From a virus (Duplodnaviria; Caudoviricetes), in the IMG/VR virus record IMGVR_UViG_3300008110_000066, positions 1-57,639 of that record: a stretch of DNA of 57,639 bases; one strand, 5' to 3'. The notes under the pieces are model-generated. The model made no database searches, was not told where the DNA came from, and was given only the letters and a program-made list of their open reading frames with translations. Below are positions 1-10,300 of this stretch, piece after piece. The translations under genes and the position numbers were made by a program. Position 1 is the first letter of the stretch; every line of letters starts with the position of its first letter.

Positions 1-85
1 TTTTCAGGTAAAAATTTTAATTATTTTTATCCTGAATTTATCAAAAACTAATACTATTTATTTTTACTAAAGGAGAGAAAACTAT

Positions 86-1468
86 ATGGCGACAGGTAAA
101 AATTTTGAGTATTTGGGTAATACTTTTCAGTTACAATTATTAAATCAAATTATTGTTGATAAAGATTTTTCACACTCAATTATTGATGTGATCGAGAACA
201 ATTATTTTGAAAACAAGTATTTTAAAATCATCATTCAGATGATTAGAGAGTATTATACAAAGTATGACCATACACCGTCGTTTGAAACGCTAGAACAAAT
301 TACAAAATCGGAATTACAACAAGAACTTGCATCTAAAATTGTTATGGATACAATAAAGAAAATTAAAGATGCACCTATCGAGGGAGTGGGTTTTGTACAA
401 GAAAAGGCTTTAAAATTCTGTAAACAACAAGAACTACAAAAAGTAATGGGTAAGGCTCAGAAGATCATTGATGGTGGTGAGTTCGAGAACTATGATACAC
501 TTGAAGAAATGGTCAAAACCGCTCTTCAAGTTGGTGCAAAAGATACTTCTATGTTGGATGTATTCTCTAATCTTGATCAAGTACTTGAAGACGATTATAG
601 ACACCCAATTCCAATGGGAATACCTGGTATTGACAGATTGTTAAAAGGAGGTTTGGCAAAAGGAGAAATTGGTGTTATATTAGCTCCTACTGGAGTTGGT
701 AAATCAACAGTCTTAACTAAGATGGCAAACCATGCGTTTAACTTAGGGTTCAACGTCCTTCAGATCTTTTTTGAGGATAACCCAAAGGTAATTCAAAGAA
801 AGCACTTCACTTTATGGACTAAGATTCATCCTGACGATTTGTCAGAAAAAAAAGATGAGGTGATGAAAAAAGTTAGAGAAATTGAGGATTCTATGCCAAA
901 TAAGTTAATTATGAAAAAGTTACCATCAGATACTATGACGATGTTACAAATCAAAAATCAAATTAGAAAAATGGTTTCTGATGGAATTAAAATTGATATG
1001 ATTGTTTTAGATTACATAGATTGTATTGTACCCGACAAGAACTTAGGTGATGAATGGAAAAGTGAAGGTTCGGTGATGAGAGCATTTGAAGCTATGTGTC
1101 ACGAAATGAATCTTGTTGGTTGGACCGCAACTCAAGGTAACAGATCTTCCATATCATCGGAAGTTGTGACTACAGATCAAATGGGTGGCTCAATTAAGAA
1201 AGCACAGGTAGGACATGTTATTATTTCAGTGGCAAAAACATTACAACAAAAAGAAATGAAATTGGCTACTATTGCAATAACTAAGTCTCGAATTGGTGAT
1301 GACGGTGTTGTGTTTGAAAACTGTAAGTTTGATAACGCAATGATTGAAATAGATACAGAAAGCTCAATGACTTTTTTAGGTCTTGAAGAACAAAAAGAAG
1401 AAAGACAAAGACAACGTGTTAAAGAACTTTTAGAAAAAAGAAAACAACGAGAAACACAGTCAAATTAA
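86..1468 (+). CDS. dnaB: Replicative DnaB-like (SF4, T4 gp41-like) helicase
   Basis: Walker A APTGVGKS, Walker B IVLDYID, ATQGNR motif, KSR arginine-finger region; 460 aa with no intein-sized insertion. Confidence 0.9.
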   Translation: MATGKNFEYLGNTFQLQLLNQIIVDKDFSHSIIDVIENNYFENKYFKIIIQMIREYYTKYDHTPSFETLEQITKSELQQELASKIVMDTIKKIKDAPIEGVGFVQEKALKFCKQQELQKVMGKAQKIIDGGEFENYDTLEEMVKTALQVGAKDTSMLDVFSNLDQVLEDDYRHPIPMGIPGIDRLLKGGLAKGEIGVILAPTGVGKSTVLTKMANHAFNLGFNVLQIFFEDNPKVIQRKHFTLWTKIHPDDLSEKKDEVMKKVREIEDSMPNKLIMKKLPSDTMTMLQIKNQIRKMVSDGIKIDMIVLDYIDCIVPDKNLGDEWKSEGSVMRAFEAMCHEMNLVGWTATQGNRSSISSEVVTTDQMGGSIKKAQVGHVIISVAKTLQQKEMKLATIAITKSRIGDDGVVFENCKFDNAMIEIDTESSMTFLGLEEQKEERQRQRVKELLEKRKQRETQSN

Positions 1469-1491
1469 CAAATAAATAAATTTTATAATAA

Positions 1492-2439
1492 ATGGAAAAA
1501 ATACTAGTAGAAAATCCTGGTCGGTTCGTCATCTTCCCTATCGAACACAATGATATATGGGAATTTTACAAACAACACCAAGCGGCGTTTTGGACAGCAG
1601 AAGAGGTGGATTTAACTAATGACATTAGGGATTGGGAAAATTTAACAGACAATGAAAAATACTTCGTTAAGAACGTATTATCATTCTTTGCCGCATCAGA
1701 CGGAATTGTAAACGAAAACTTAGCGGAAAATTTTTACCGAGAGGTACAATACCCTGAGGCAAAATTCTTTTACGGGTTCCAATTAGCGATGGAAAACATT
1801 CACTCACTTATGTATTCATTATTGATTGACACTTACATCAACAACCCCAAAGAAAAAGATGAATGTTTCAACGCAATAGATAGATTACCAGCAGTTCAAA
1901 AGAAAGCAAAGTGGGCTTTAGAATGGATTGAAAAGGCTTCCTTTGCAGAAAGATTAGTTGCATTTGCGGCTGTTGAAGGTATATTTTTTTCAGGTTCGTT
2001 TTGTTCTATTTTTTGGATGAAATCAAGAGGAATTATGCAAGGATTATGTAACGCTAACTCACTTATTTTCAAAGACGAAAACTTACATTGTGATTTTGCA
2101 ATTCACTTATTAAATAATCACTTAGAGAATAAACCGTCTGAAAAAAGAATTAAAGAAATTTTATTGTCGGCTCTTGAAATTGAAAAAGAATTCATTACAG
2201 AATCACTTCCTGTTTCTTTAATCGGTATGAACTCAAACTTAATGAAACAATATCTTGAGTTTGTGGTTGATGGATTACTGATGAAAATGGGATGTAGTAA
2301 AGAATTTAATGTGGAACAACCATTCAAATTTATGGAACAAATCGCTGTTGAAACCAAGGGTAATTTCTTTGAGTCGAGAACAATGGAATATCAGAAAGCA
2401 AAACTGAATGAAACAATAACATTTACAGACGACTTTTAA
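1492..2439 (+). CDS. nrdB: Ribonucleotide reductase class Ia beta (R2) subunit
   Basis: [44 protein letters not shown] and NFFE motifs of the eukaryote-like/Bacteroidota R2 type. Confidence 0.97.
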   Translation: MEKILVENPGRFVIFPIEHNDIWEFYKQHQAAFWTAEEVDLTNDIRDWENLTDNEKYFVKNVLSFFAASDGIVNENLAENFYREVQYPEAKFFYGFQLAMENIHSLMYSLLIDTYINNPKEKDECFNAIDRLPAVQKKAKWALEWIEKASFAERLVAFAAVEGIFFSGSFCSIFWMKSRGIMQGLCNANSLIFKDENLHCDFAIHLLNNHLENKPSEKRIKEILLSALEIEKEFITESLPVSLIGMNSNLMKQYLEFVVDGLLMKMGCSKEFNVEQPFKFMEQIAVETKGNFFESRTMEYQKAKLNETITFTDDF

Positions 2440-2449
2440 ATATTAGATT

Positions 2450-4879
2450 ATGTCATTAAAAATTATTAAACGAGGTGGTGAGGTTGTCTCATTTAATCCA
2501 CAAAAGATTTACAACAGAGTAAAACGATCTGCGAAAGGTTTGAATGTAAATTCAGACGAGATCTTTATTAAAGTTATTACTTCAGTACCAACTGAAGGTG
2601 AAGTAACCACAAAAGAACTTGACAAGTTGGTTTACGAGATTGCAGCATCTTATACAGGTAGTCATCATGACTACTCAAGATTAGCGTCATCGGTTGCAAT
2701 TTCTTCATATCATAAAGAAACAAATGATAGTTTTTCACAAACTATGATGCAACTTTATGAGGATGGGATTATAAATAAGAAACTTATTGAGACCATTAAA
2801 GAATACGGAGAAGATACAATTGATGCGGTAATCAATCACGAAAATGATTATAACTTTGATTACTTTGCTTGGAGATCATTACAAGAAATGTATCTACTGA
2901 AACGACCAAATGGAAAAGTAATTGAAAGACCACAACATATGTACATGAGAGTTGCATTATGGGTCACTTCAAATATTACAGACGCATTTGAATATTATAG
3001 ATCATTATCTGAACAACTAATTTCAAAGGCAACACCAATTATGATTAACTCAGGTACTAAAGTTCCTCAATTAGCATCTTGCGTACTTCATTATAATGAC
3101 GCTGATTCAAGAAAAGGTTTGTTAGATACATTGACAGATATTTCTACGTTTTCATCCGATGCTGCAGGTATTGGATTATCTATGTCTAACATTCGTAGTA
3201 AAGAAAGTAGAATTTCTAGTTCAGGCGGATATGCTGGAGGTTTGTTAAAATATTTAAAAATTGTAAATGAATCACTCAGATTCTTCAATCAGCAAGGTCG
3301 TCGACCAGGATCGGCAGCAATATATCTTGAACCATGGCACAAAGATATATTTGATTTGTTAGACATTAAAAAGAACACAGGAGCCGAAGAGTTAAGAGCC
3401 CGTGATTTATTTACAGCTCTGTGGATTCCTGACAACTTTATGAGGGCGGTAAAAGAAAACAATAATTGGTATCTATTCTGTCCTAACGACATAAAGAAAG
3501 CAGGTTTGAAACCATTACAAGAATGTTATGGAGATGAATATGAAGAGGTTTATGACAAAGCGGTAACTATGGGACTTGGTAAAAAAGTTAAGGCTCAAGA
3601 TATTTGGAGTAAAATTGTAGAGTCCCAAGTAGAAACAGGAGTTCCATACCTTTGTTCTAAGGACAATGCAAATCGTAAAACTAATCATCAGAACATTGGT
3701 GTCATTAAACAATCCAATCTTTGTAATGAGATTTATCAATATACTGACGAAGAAACAACCGCAATTTGTACACTTTCATCTATGGTATTGAAAAACTTTA
3801 TTAAATCAGGAAAATTTGATTTTGAACTTTTATTTAGTGAAGTTCGTAAAGTTGTCCGATCTTTGAATAAAGTAGTAGATATAAATAACTATTCAACTGA
3901 TAAAGGTAAAAAAGGTGGTTTAGAGCAAAGAGCAATTGCTATTGGTACTCAAGGGTTGGCGGACGTGTTCTATTTAATGGATTATATTTTTACTTCCGAA
4001 GAGGCGAAAAAATTAAACAGGGATATCTTTGAAACTATCTACTACGCTGCGATTTACGAAAGTAATCAATTGTGTATGAACGGTAAATACAAACCATACA
4101 ATTTTTTTGAAGGGTCACCAATGTCCAAAGGAACATTTCAATTCGATATGTGGAATTTGGATGAAACAAAACTTTCAGGAATGTGGGATTGGAACAAATT
4201 GAAAGAAAATGTTAGATCTTACGGTGTTTGTAATTCATTGTTTACAGCTCAAATGCCAGTCGCTTCATCAGCAAAAATTACTGGTTCATACGAAATGACA
4301 GAACCTGCACATTCGGCAATTTTTAATAGACGAGTTGTTGGAGGTGAAATTATGATTGTTAACAAATATCTAATCAATGATTTTGAAAAAATTGGAATTT
4401 GGTCTGAAGATTTAAAAAATGAAATTATTTTTAATGAAGGATCAATTCAAAATATTAACTTTAACAATTATTTAGATTCCGAAGATAAAAATTACAATAA
4501 GAAAGTTAAACGAATTGAACACTTAATTCCTAAATATAAAACAATTTGGGAAATTTCACAAAAACAACTTATTGATATGGCGGCAGATAGAGCGCCATTT
4601 ATTGACCAATCACAATCGATGAATATCTATATGTCTAACCCTACATTATCAAAAATTACTTCGTCACATTTTCACTCTTGGGAGAGTGGATTGAAAACAC
4701 TTTGTTATTATGTCAGAACTAAGGCAATTTCAACAGGAGCAAAACACTTGGCGATGGATATATCCAAAAGAGAAAAACCAAAGTCAACACCCGAACCTCC
4801 TAAAGTGGATTATTCACATTTAAATTTACCAGCAAGACCCGATAATTCTGACTTTGAATGTTTTGGTTGTTCATCTTAA
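2450..4879 (+). CDS. nrdA: Ribonucleotide reductase class Ia alpha (R1) subunit with N-terminal ATP cone
   Basis: IIKRGG ATP cone, ERPQHMYMRVA, QLASC, SNLCNEI, MPVASS, KTLCYY, C-terminal CFGCSS redox pair. Confidence 0.97.
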   Translation: MSLKIIKRGGEVVSFNPQKIYNRVKRSAKGLNVNSDEIFIKVITSVPTEGEVTTKELDKLVYEIAASYTGSHHDYSRLASSVAISSYHKETNDSFSQTMMQLYEDGIINKKLIETIKEYGEDTIDAVINHENDYNFDYFAWRSLQEMYLLKRPNGKVIERPQHMYMRVALWVTSNITDAFEYYRSLSEQLISKATPIMINSGTKVPQLASCVLHYNDADSRKGLLDTLTDISTFSSDAAGIGLSMSNIRSKESRISSSGGYAGGLLKYLKIVNESLRFFNQQGRRPGSAAIYLEPWHKDIFDLLDIKKNTGAEELRARDLFTALWIPDNFMRAVKENNNWYLFCPNDIKKAGLKPLQECYGDEYEEVYDKAVTMGLGKKVKAQDIWSKIVESQVETGVPYLCSKDNANRKTNHQNIGVIKQSNLCNEIYQYTDEETTAICTLSSMVLKNFIKSGKFDFELLFSEVRKVVRSLNKVVDINNYSTDKGKKGGLEQRAIAIGTQGLADVFYLMDYIFTSEEAKKLNRDIFETIYYAAIYESNQLCMNGKYKPYNFFEGSPMSKGTFQFDMWNLDETKLSGMWDWNKLKENVRSYGVCNSLFTAQMPVASSAKITGSYEMTEPAHSAIFNRRVVGGEIMIVNKYLINDFEKIGIWSEDLKNEIIFNEGSIQNINFNNYLDSEDKNYNKKVKRIEHLIPKYKTIWEISQKQLIDMAADRAPFIDQSQSMNIYMSNPTLSKITSSHFHSWESGLKTLCYYVRTKAISTGAKHLAMDISKREKPKSTPEPPKVDYSHLNLPARPDNSDFECFGCSS

Positions 4880-4902
4880 AAACTTTTAAGTTTATTAAAA
4901 TT

Positions 4903-4932
4903 AAAAATCACGGATACTCGTGATTTTTTTTT
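4903..4932 (+). terminator. Rho-independent terminator after nrdA
   Basis: AAAAATCACG-gatact-CGTGATTTTT hairpin followed by a T run. Confidence 0.8.
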
Positions 4933-4953
4933 ACTTAAAAAAAACCTAACTTA

Positions 4954-4960
4954 TATTTAT
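4954..4960 (+). promoter_or_regulatory. TATTTAT putative late promoter element (representative copy; other copies listed in findings)
   Basis: Lies just after a terminator and 7 nt before the first baseplate ATG; the same heptamer precedes many structural genes. Confidence 0.7.
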
Positions 4961-4967
4961 ATGTGAT

Positions 4968-5426
4968 ATGGCAAATGGTATAACTTATGGAATTTCGTTC
5001 CCTTTTGTGGATTCGTTTACAGGTAGATATTTGGACGTTACTAATTCTACTGAAGGTGAAATTAGATCTAATCTTGTTCATTTATTATTAACTAGAAAAG
5101 GTAGTAGGTATTTTTTGCCTGATTTTGGTACAAGATTATATGAATTTATCTTCGAACCGTTGGACGGTCCAACGTTTTCCGATATTGAGTCAGAAATAAG
5201 AGACACAGTAAGGACTTACATGCCTAATTTACAGGTAACTAATATAACCGTTGAACCAGGTTCTGCCGGTTTAGAGGACAAAGGTTATACTGTAAATCAA
5301 GATGGTGAAAGAGAATTTAGAGTTACTAACATTTCTAATTTAGAACATACGGCAAGAATCAAAATTGATTACAGAATAACAGATTCGGCTTTTGAATCAC
5401 AAGATTTTGTGATATTAAATATTTAA
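4968..5426 (+). CDS. Baseplate wedge / sheath-initiator protein, gp25-like
   Basis: IRSNLVHLLLTRKGSRYFLPDFGTRLYEFIFEP is the gp25/GPW family pattern. Confidence 0.9.
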   Translation: MANGITYGISFPFVDSFTGRYLDVTNSTEGEIRSNLVHLLLTRKGSRYFLPDFGTRLYEFIFEPLDGPTFSDIESEIRDTVRTYMPNLQVTNITVEPGSAGLEDKGYTVNQDGEREFRVTNISNLEHTARIKIDYRITDSAFESQDFVILNI

Positions 5427-5432
5427 TAATAT

Positions 5433-7274
5433 ATGGCAGAGAAAAAAATATCCTATACGGTTAGGGATTTCCAAGGAGTAAGAACAGAGCTTATAAATTT
5501 TACTAGAACTTACTATCCTGATTTAGTACAAAATTTCAATGACGCTGGTATTTTTTCAGTCATGTTAGATTTGAATGCTGCAGTAACTGATAATTTAAAT
5601 TATCAAATAGACAGAAGTATTCAAGAAACCGTTTTACAGTTTGCACAACAAAAAAATTCCGTTTATAATATTGCAAGAACTTATGGTTTAAAAATACCAG
5701 GTCAAAGACCTTCCGTTGCGTTAGTGGACTTTTCAATCACAGTTCCGGCATTTGGAGATAGAGAAGATATAAGATATTGTGGTGTCTTGAGAAGAGGTTC
5801 ACAAGTAAATGGGGCTGGACAACCTTTTGAAACTGTTTATGATATTGATTTTGCATCACCAATAAACGCTGAAGGATCACCAAATAGAGTAAAAATCCCT
5901 AATTTTGACTCTAGTGGTAAGTTGATCAACTATACAATAGTTAAACGAGAAGTTGTAGTTAACGGGATCACTAAAGTTTTCAAAAGAGTAGTTACCCCAA
6001 ATGATGTAAAACCATATTTTGAATTATTTTTACCTGAAAAAAACATTTTAGGAATTTCAAGTGTGTTATTAAAATCAGGTACACAATATTCCACTATACC
6101 AAATCCACAGGATTTTCTCACATTAGGACCTGAAAGATGGTTTGAAGTTGACGCTTTAGTACAAGATAGGGTATTTGTTGAAGACCCAACTAAAGTATCT
6201 GATCAACCTGGTATTAAAGTAGGTAGATATATTACAACGTCCAACAAATTTATTTCGGAATATACACCTGAAGGATTTTGTAAAATAACATTCGGTGGGG
6301 GTAATATTTCCGCTGAAGAACAATTGAGAGAATTTGCTAGAGATGGTAAAGGATTTGATTTGAGTAGATACACCAATAATTATTCTTTGGGTGCCGCTCT
6401 AACACCAAATACTACTTTGTTCGTTCAATATAGAATTGGTGGAGGACTTGCTAGTAATGTCGGTCTAAACACTATAAATCAAATAGGTACAGTATCATTT
6501 GCGGTTAATGGACCTTCCGAGTCTGTAAACAGAAGTGTTATAAACAGCTTACAGTGTAATAACGTAACTGCCGCAATTGGAGGATCAAATATACCAACGA
6601 CTGAAGATGTTAGAAATTTGGTTTCATTTAATTTTGCAGCACAAAACAGAGCGGTTACGGTAAATGATTACAATTCTTTAATTAGAACAATGCCTTCTCA
6701 GTTTGGAGCTCCTGCAAAAGTTGCAATCACAGAAGAAAATAATAAGATAAGAATAAAAATGTTATCTTATGATACAAGTGGTAGTCTTACTAATGTTGTC
6801 TCTAACACCTTAAAACAAAATGTTGCAAATTATTTATCAAACTATAGAATGATAAATGATTATATTTCAATCGAAGCTGCAGAAACTATAGATCTTTCAG
6901 TAACTGTTGACGTTGTGTTGGATAATAGTCAAAACCAAGGTGCGATTATTTCTAAAACTATACAAATAGTTTCTGAGTTCTTTAACCCACTTGTTAGGGA
7001 GTTAGGTCAAAATGTTAATATATCTGAATTAAGAAGGTTAATACAATCCGAAAATGGAATTGTTAGTCTTTCTGACATTTCGTTCTTTAATCAAGTTGGA
7101 GGTCAGTATTCATCGGCACAAACATCAATGCCATATTCAAACCCATTAACAAGACAAATCCAACCAACTGCGGATACTATCTTTGCAACCCCAACACAAA
7201 TCTATCAAATTAGATATCCAAATAAGGATATAAATGTTAGGGTTCTCAACCTTAAATCGGTTAACTTTTCATAG
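5433..7274 (+). CDS. Baseplate wedge protein, T4 gp6 / baseplate-J-like
   Basis: RDFQGVRTELI N-terminus, YRIGGG..NV, AQNRAVTVNDY motif; follows gp25. Confidence 0.85.
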   Translation: MAEKKISYTVRDFQGVRTELINFTRTYYPDLVQNFNDAGIFSVMLDLNAAVTDNLNYQIDRSIQETVLQFAQQKNSVYNIARTYGLKIPGQRPSVALVDFSITVPAFGDREDIRYCGVLRRGSQVNGAGQPFETVYDIDFASPINAEGSPNRVKIPNFDSSGKLINYTIVKREVVVNGITKVFKRVVTPNDVKPYFELFLPEKNILGISSVLLKSGTQYSTIPNPQDFLTLGPERWFEVDALVQDRVFVEDPTKVSDQPGIKVGRYITTSNKFISEYTPEGFCKITFGGGNISAEEQLREFARDGKGFDLSRYTNNYSLGAALTPNTTLFVQYRIGGGLASNVGLNTINQIGTVSFAVNGPSESVNRSVINSLQCNNVTAAIGGSNIPTTEDVRNLVSFNFAAQNRAVTVNDYNSLIRTMPSQFGAPAKVAITEENNKIRIKMLSYDTSGSLTNVVSNTLKQNVANYLSNYRMINDYISIEAAETIDLSVTVDVVLDNSQNQGAIISKTIQIVSEFFNPLVRELGQNVNISELRRLIQSENGIVSLSDISFFNQVGGQYSSAQTSMPYSNPLTRQIQPTADTIFATPTQIYQIRYPNKDINVRVLNLKSVNFS

Positions 7275-7349
7275 CGATTTATTTTTATAAAAACAAGTTT
7301 ATCTTTTCTAAAATAGGAAATAAACTATTTATGAAAAAACGAATTTTTA

Positions 7350-10300
7350 ATGCCCAAATCATATAGAATTAGGACTGAAGTTGGTGTTGATAAATATATC
7401 AATGTGAACCTCGAACAAGATTGGGAATCTTTAGAGATACTTTCTTTGAAGATTTTAGCCGATGACTTATACACACGTTTCTGTGCCGATTACGGTGTTG
7501 TTGTTGGTAGAGTTTTTGTAAATAATGGTTTTGGTTTACCAAAGGCGAAAGTATCGGTATTTATTCCTTTGGAAGATGCGGATGAATTAGACCCTGTGAT
7601 ATCAGAACTATATCCATACAAAACAATTACAGACACTAACGAGGCTGGTTATAGATATAATTTATTACCAAAACTACCATCATACAATGGACATCAATCG
7701 ACAGGATCATTTCCTAACGTTGGTGACGTTTTAATGGATGAATCATATATTGAGGTTTATGACAAGTACTATAGATATACGGTTACCACAAATGAGAGTG
7801 GTGACTTTATGATTTTTGGAGTACCAATCGGAAATCAAACAATAGTAATGGACGTTGACCTATCGGATATTGGATGTTTTTCACTATCCCCACAAGACTT
7901 GATACAACAAGGATTGGCAACAGAAACTCAAGTTAATGGATCCACTTTTAGGACATCAACTAATTTGAGAGAACTACCTCAAATTAAAAATTTAGTTTTT
8001 GATGTTGACGTTAGACCTTTTTGGGGGGACGCCGAATTATGTCAAGTTGGAATAACAAGAGTTGATTTCGATTTAACTAAACAGGCAAATATCAATATAC
8101 AACCAACATCAATTTTTATGGGGTCGATTATATCGACAACTGATGATGATGCTCTTAAAGTAAGTTGTAAACCAAAAAACAACACAGGAAATCTTTGTGA
8201 ATTGGTTTCAGGTCCAGGTGAAATTAAATCTGTTAGACAGACTATAAACACAGATTCGAACGGACTTCCTTTACTTGAGGTTTATGATATTGAAGAAGAA
8301 GGAAAAGTTATAGATGGTGATGGGACATTTTTAATGAATGTACCAATGAATTTGGATTATGTTTTTACAAATGAATTTGGACAACAAGTTTTATCGGATG
8401 ATCCATCGAAAGGAATCCCAACAAAAGGAAAATATCGATTCAAATTTAAATGGCAAAATGACCAAGGACTACAAGGTAATTTTCAAAGGGCAGATTTTTT
8501 AGTACCTAATGTCAAAGAATATGGTTGGACTGGTAATTCAGACCCTTTTAATCAAAATCCAACTACCTTTACTTACCCTCAAATTCCAATTGGGTCAACT
8601 ACAGGAACAACATACACTTCACCCTCAAGTGTTGGATTGTCAAACCCTGTAACAATTAACGTAGAATCTTATTCTATCTATATTAACGGTGTTGTTTATA
8701 CAGGAACTTTAAATTCAATCACATTAAATCAAAATGATACTTTGTTGATTGTTGCAACACCTGTAGACCCTACTCAAGCACAAGATATTAGTTTTACTGA
8801 ATATCCATTACAATTATTTAAGTTGTTAAAATCATATGCTTTCAGCACTGATTGGGATGACTACGTTAATCCTCAAGAAGCTATAGATTGTGAAGATACT
8901 TTCTACGAATTTAAATACAACAAAGTATACACTACCGCAATGTTTTTGGATAGATATAAAAACGGCGTAGGTAGGGCAAAACATTTAGGTATTAAAGAAA
9001 TTGATAATAGAACATGTAAATCTACTGTTAACACATTTCCTGTAAATGATATTATTAGAAACTTTGATTTTATATTTTTTGTGTTCAACATACTCATTAA
9101 CATTTTAACATTCCCAATCTTAGTTTTATTATTTGTAGCGCATTTAATTGCACTACTTTGGCCAATTCTTAAATACCTATTATTATTCTTAGGTCCTTTC
9201 ATAATTGCTATGGGAGTACAGGCTGGTGTAGATTTGGCTTATTATATTGCTGAAACTTTTGCATTTACGCCACTTGGTGGACCTGTAGTTAATTTTGGTA
9301 CTTATCTACAAATTATTGCAAAAGGAATATATGCGTTGGCATTAGTCGCTGCCGGTGTCGTATTCACAATTTTTTATACAAAATTCTTTAAAGAAAGTTT
9401 AGATAATGGAAGAGTTTCTAACTTTCCAAGAATCGGTTTACCAATGATTGCATACCCTGATTGTACAAGCTGTGATTGTCAATGTGGTAATGCGACAATT
9501 GAGGATGGTTTTGATGAGAATGATATACAACAAGAAATTCAAGACGCTCAGGATGATTTAGGTGATTCATCATCAGGTTTTGGTTATGATATAACTTTTG
9601 CAGAACCAAATACGGTTTTAGCACCTTTGAGTTCACCAATAACTTATGAATTCGATCACCCAAATTTACAGGTAAATCAAGATGGTGATGATCCTTATGA
9701 TTGTGGTGGTGCTAGTCCTATATTTAAATCATTACAAACTTTAATAGGTAATGACGATATAGTTCCTGATTTAGCTGTCAGAGCAGTCCTTGATTTCAAA
9801 AGACTTGCGTCAGGTTATGATGTTCTGTCATCAACGGATCCGAACGCTTATTATACTGAGTTTTATTTATTACATGCCCCACAACCATTTTTATTTTCTG
9901 GAAAAGATAGTGCGGGTAGCGATGAAAGATTCTTTGGTTACCCAACATCAGTAACTTTACCTCAAAAATTGAACGACTTCAACACACGAGACAAATATTT
10001 CTATTCAAACACGTCAAGTGCTGCGGGTACAGGTGTGAATAGAATCAAAACTACCGTAAATCCCGGTTTAAGTTCCAATTTCTTCGAAGATCAAGTTTTG
10101 GTTGTGTTAATGAATGCAGGTACCGCATCACAAATTGGTGTCGGTGGGGTTTGTACGTTTCAGGACCCAAAATATACTGACTCACAATCTAGTAATAGAT
10201 TGATCAACTTAACAGGTGCAACTACAAATCAGTTCAATAATACCGCAATCACTGGTACTACTCTTACAGGACAAACTTCAGTAACCATAAATTACGCAAA

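Noticed and set aside
86-4879. Inteins or introns in the helicase or RNR genes
   Set aside because: Lengths and motif spacing are normal and the ORFs are uninterrupted
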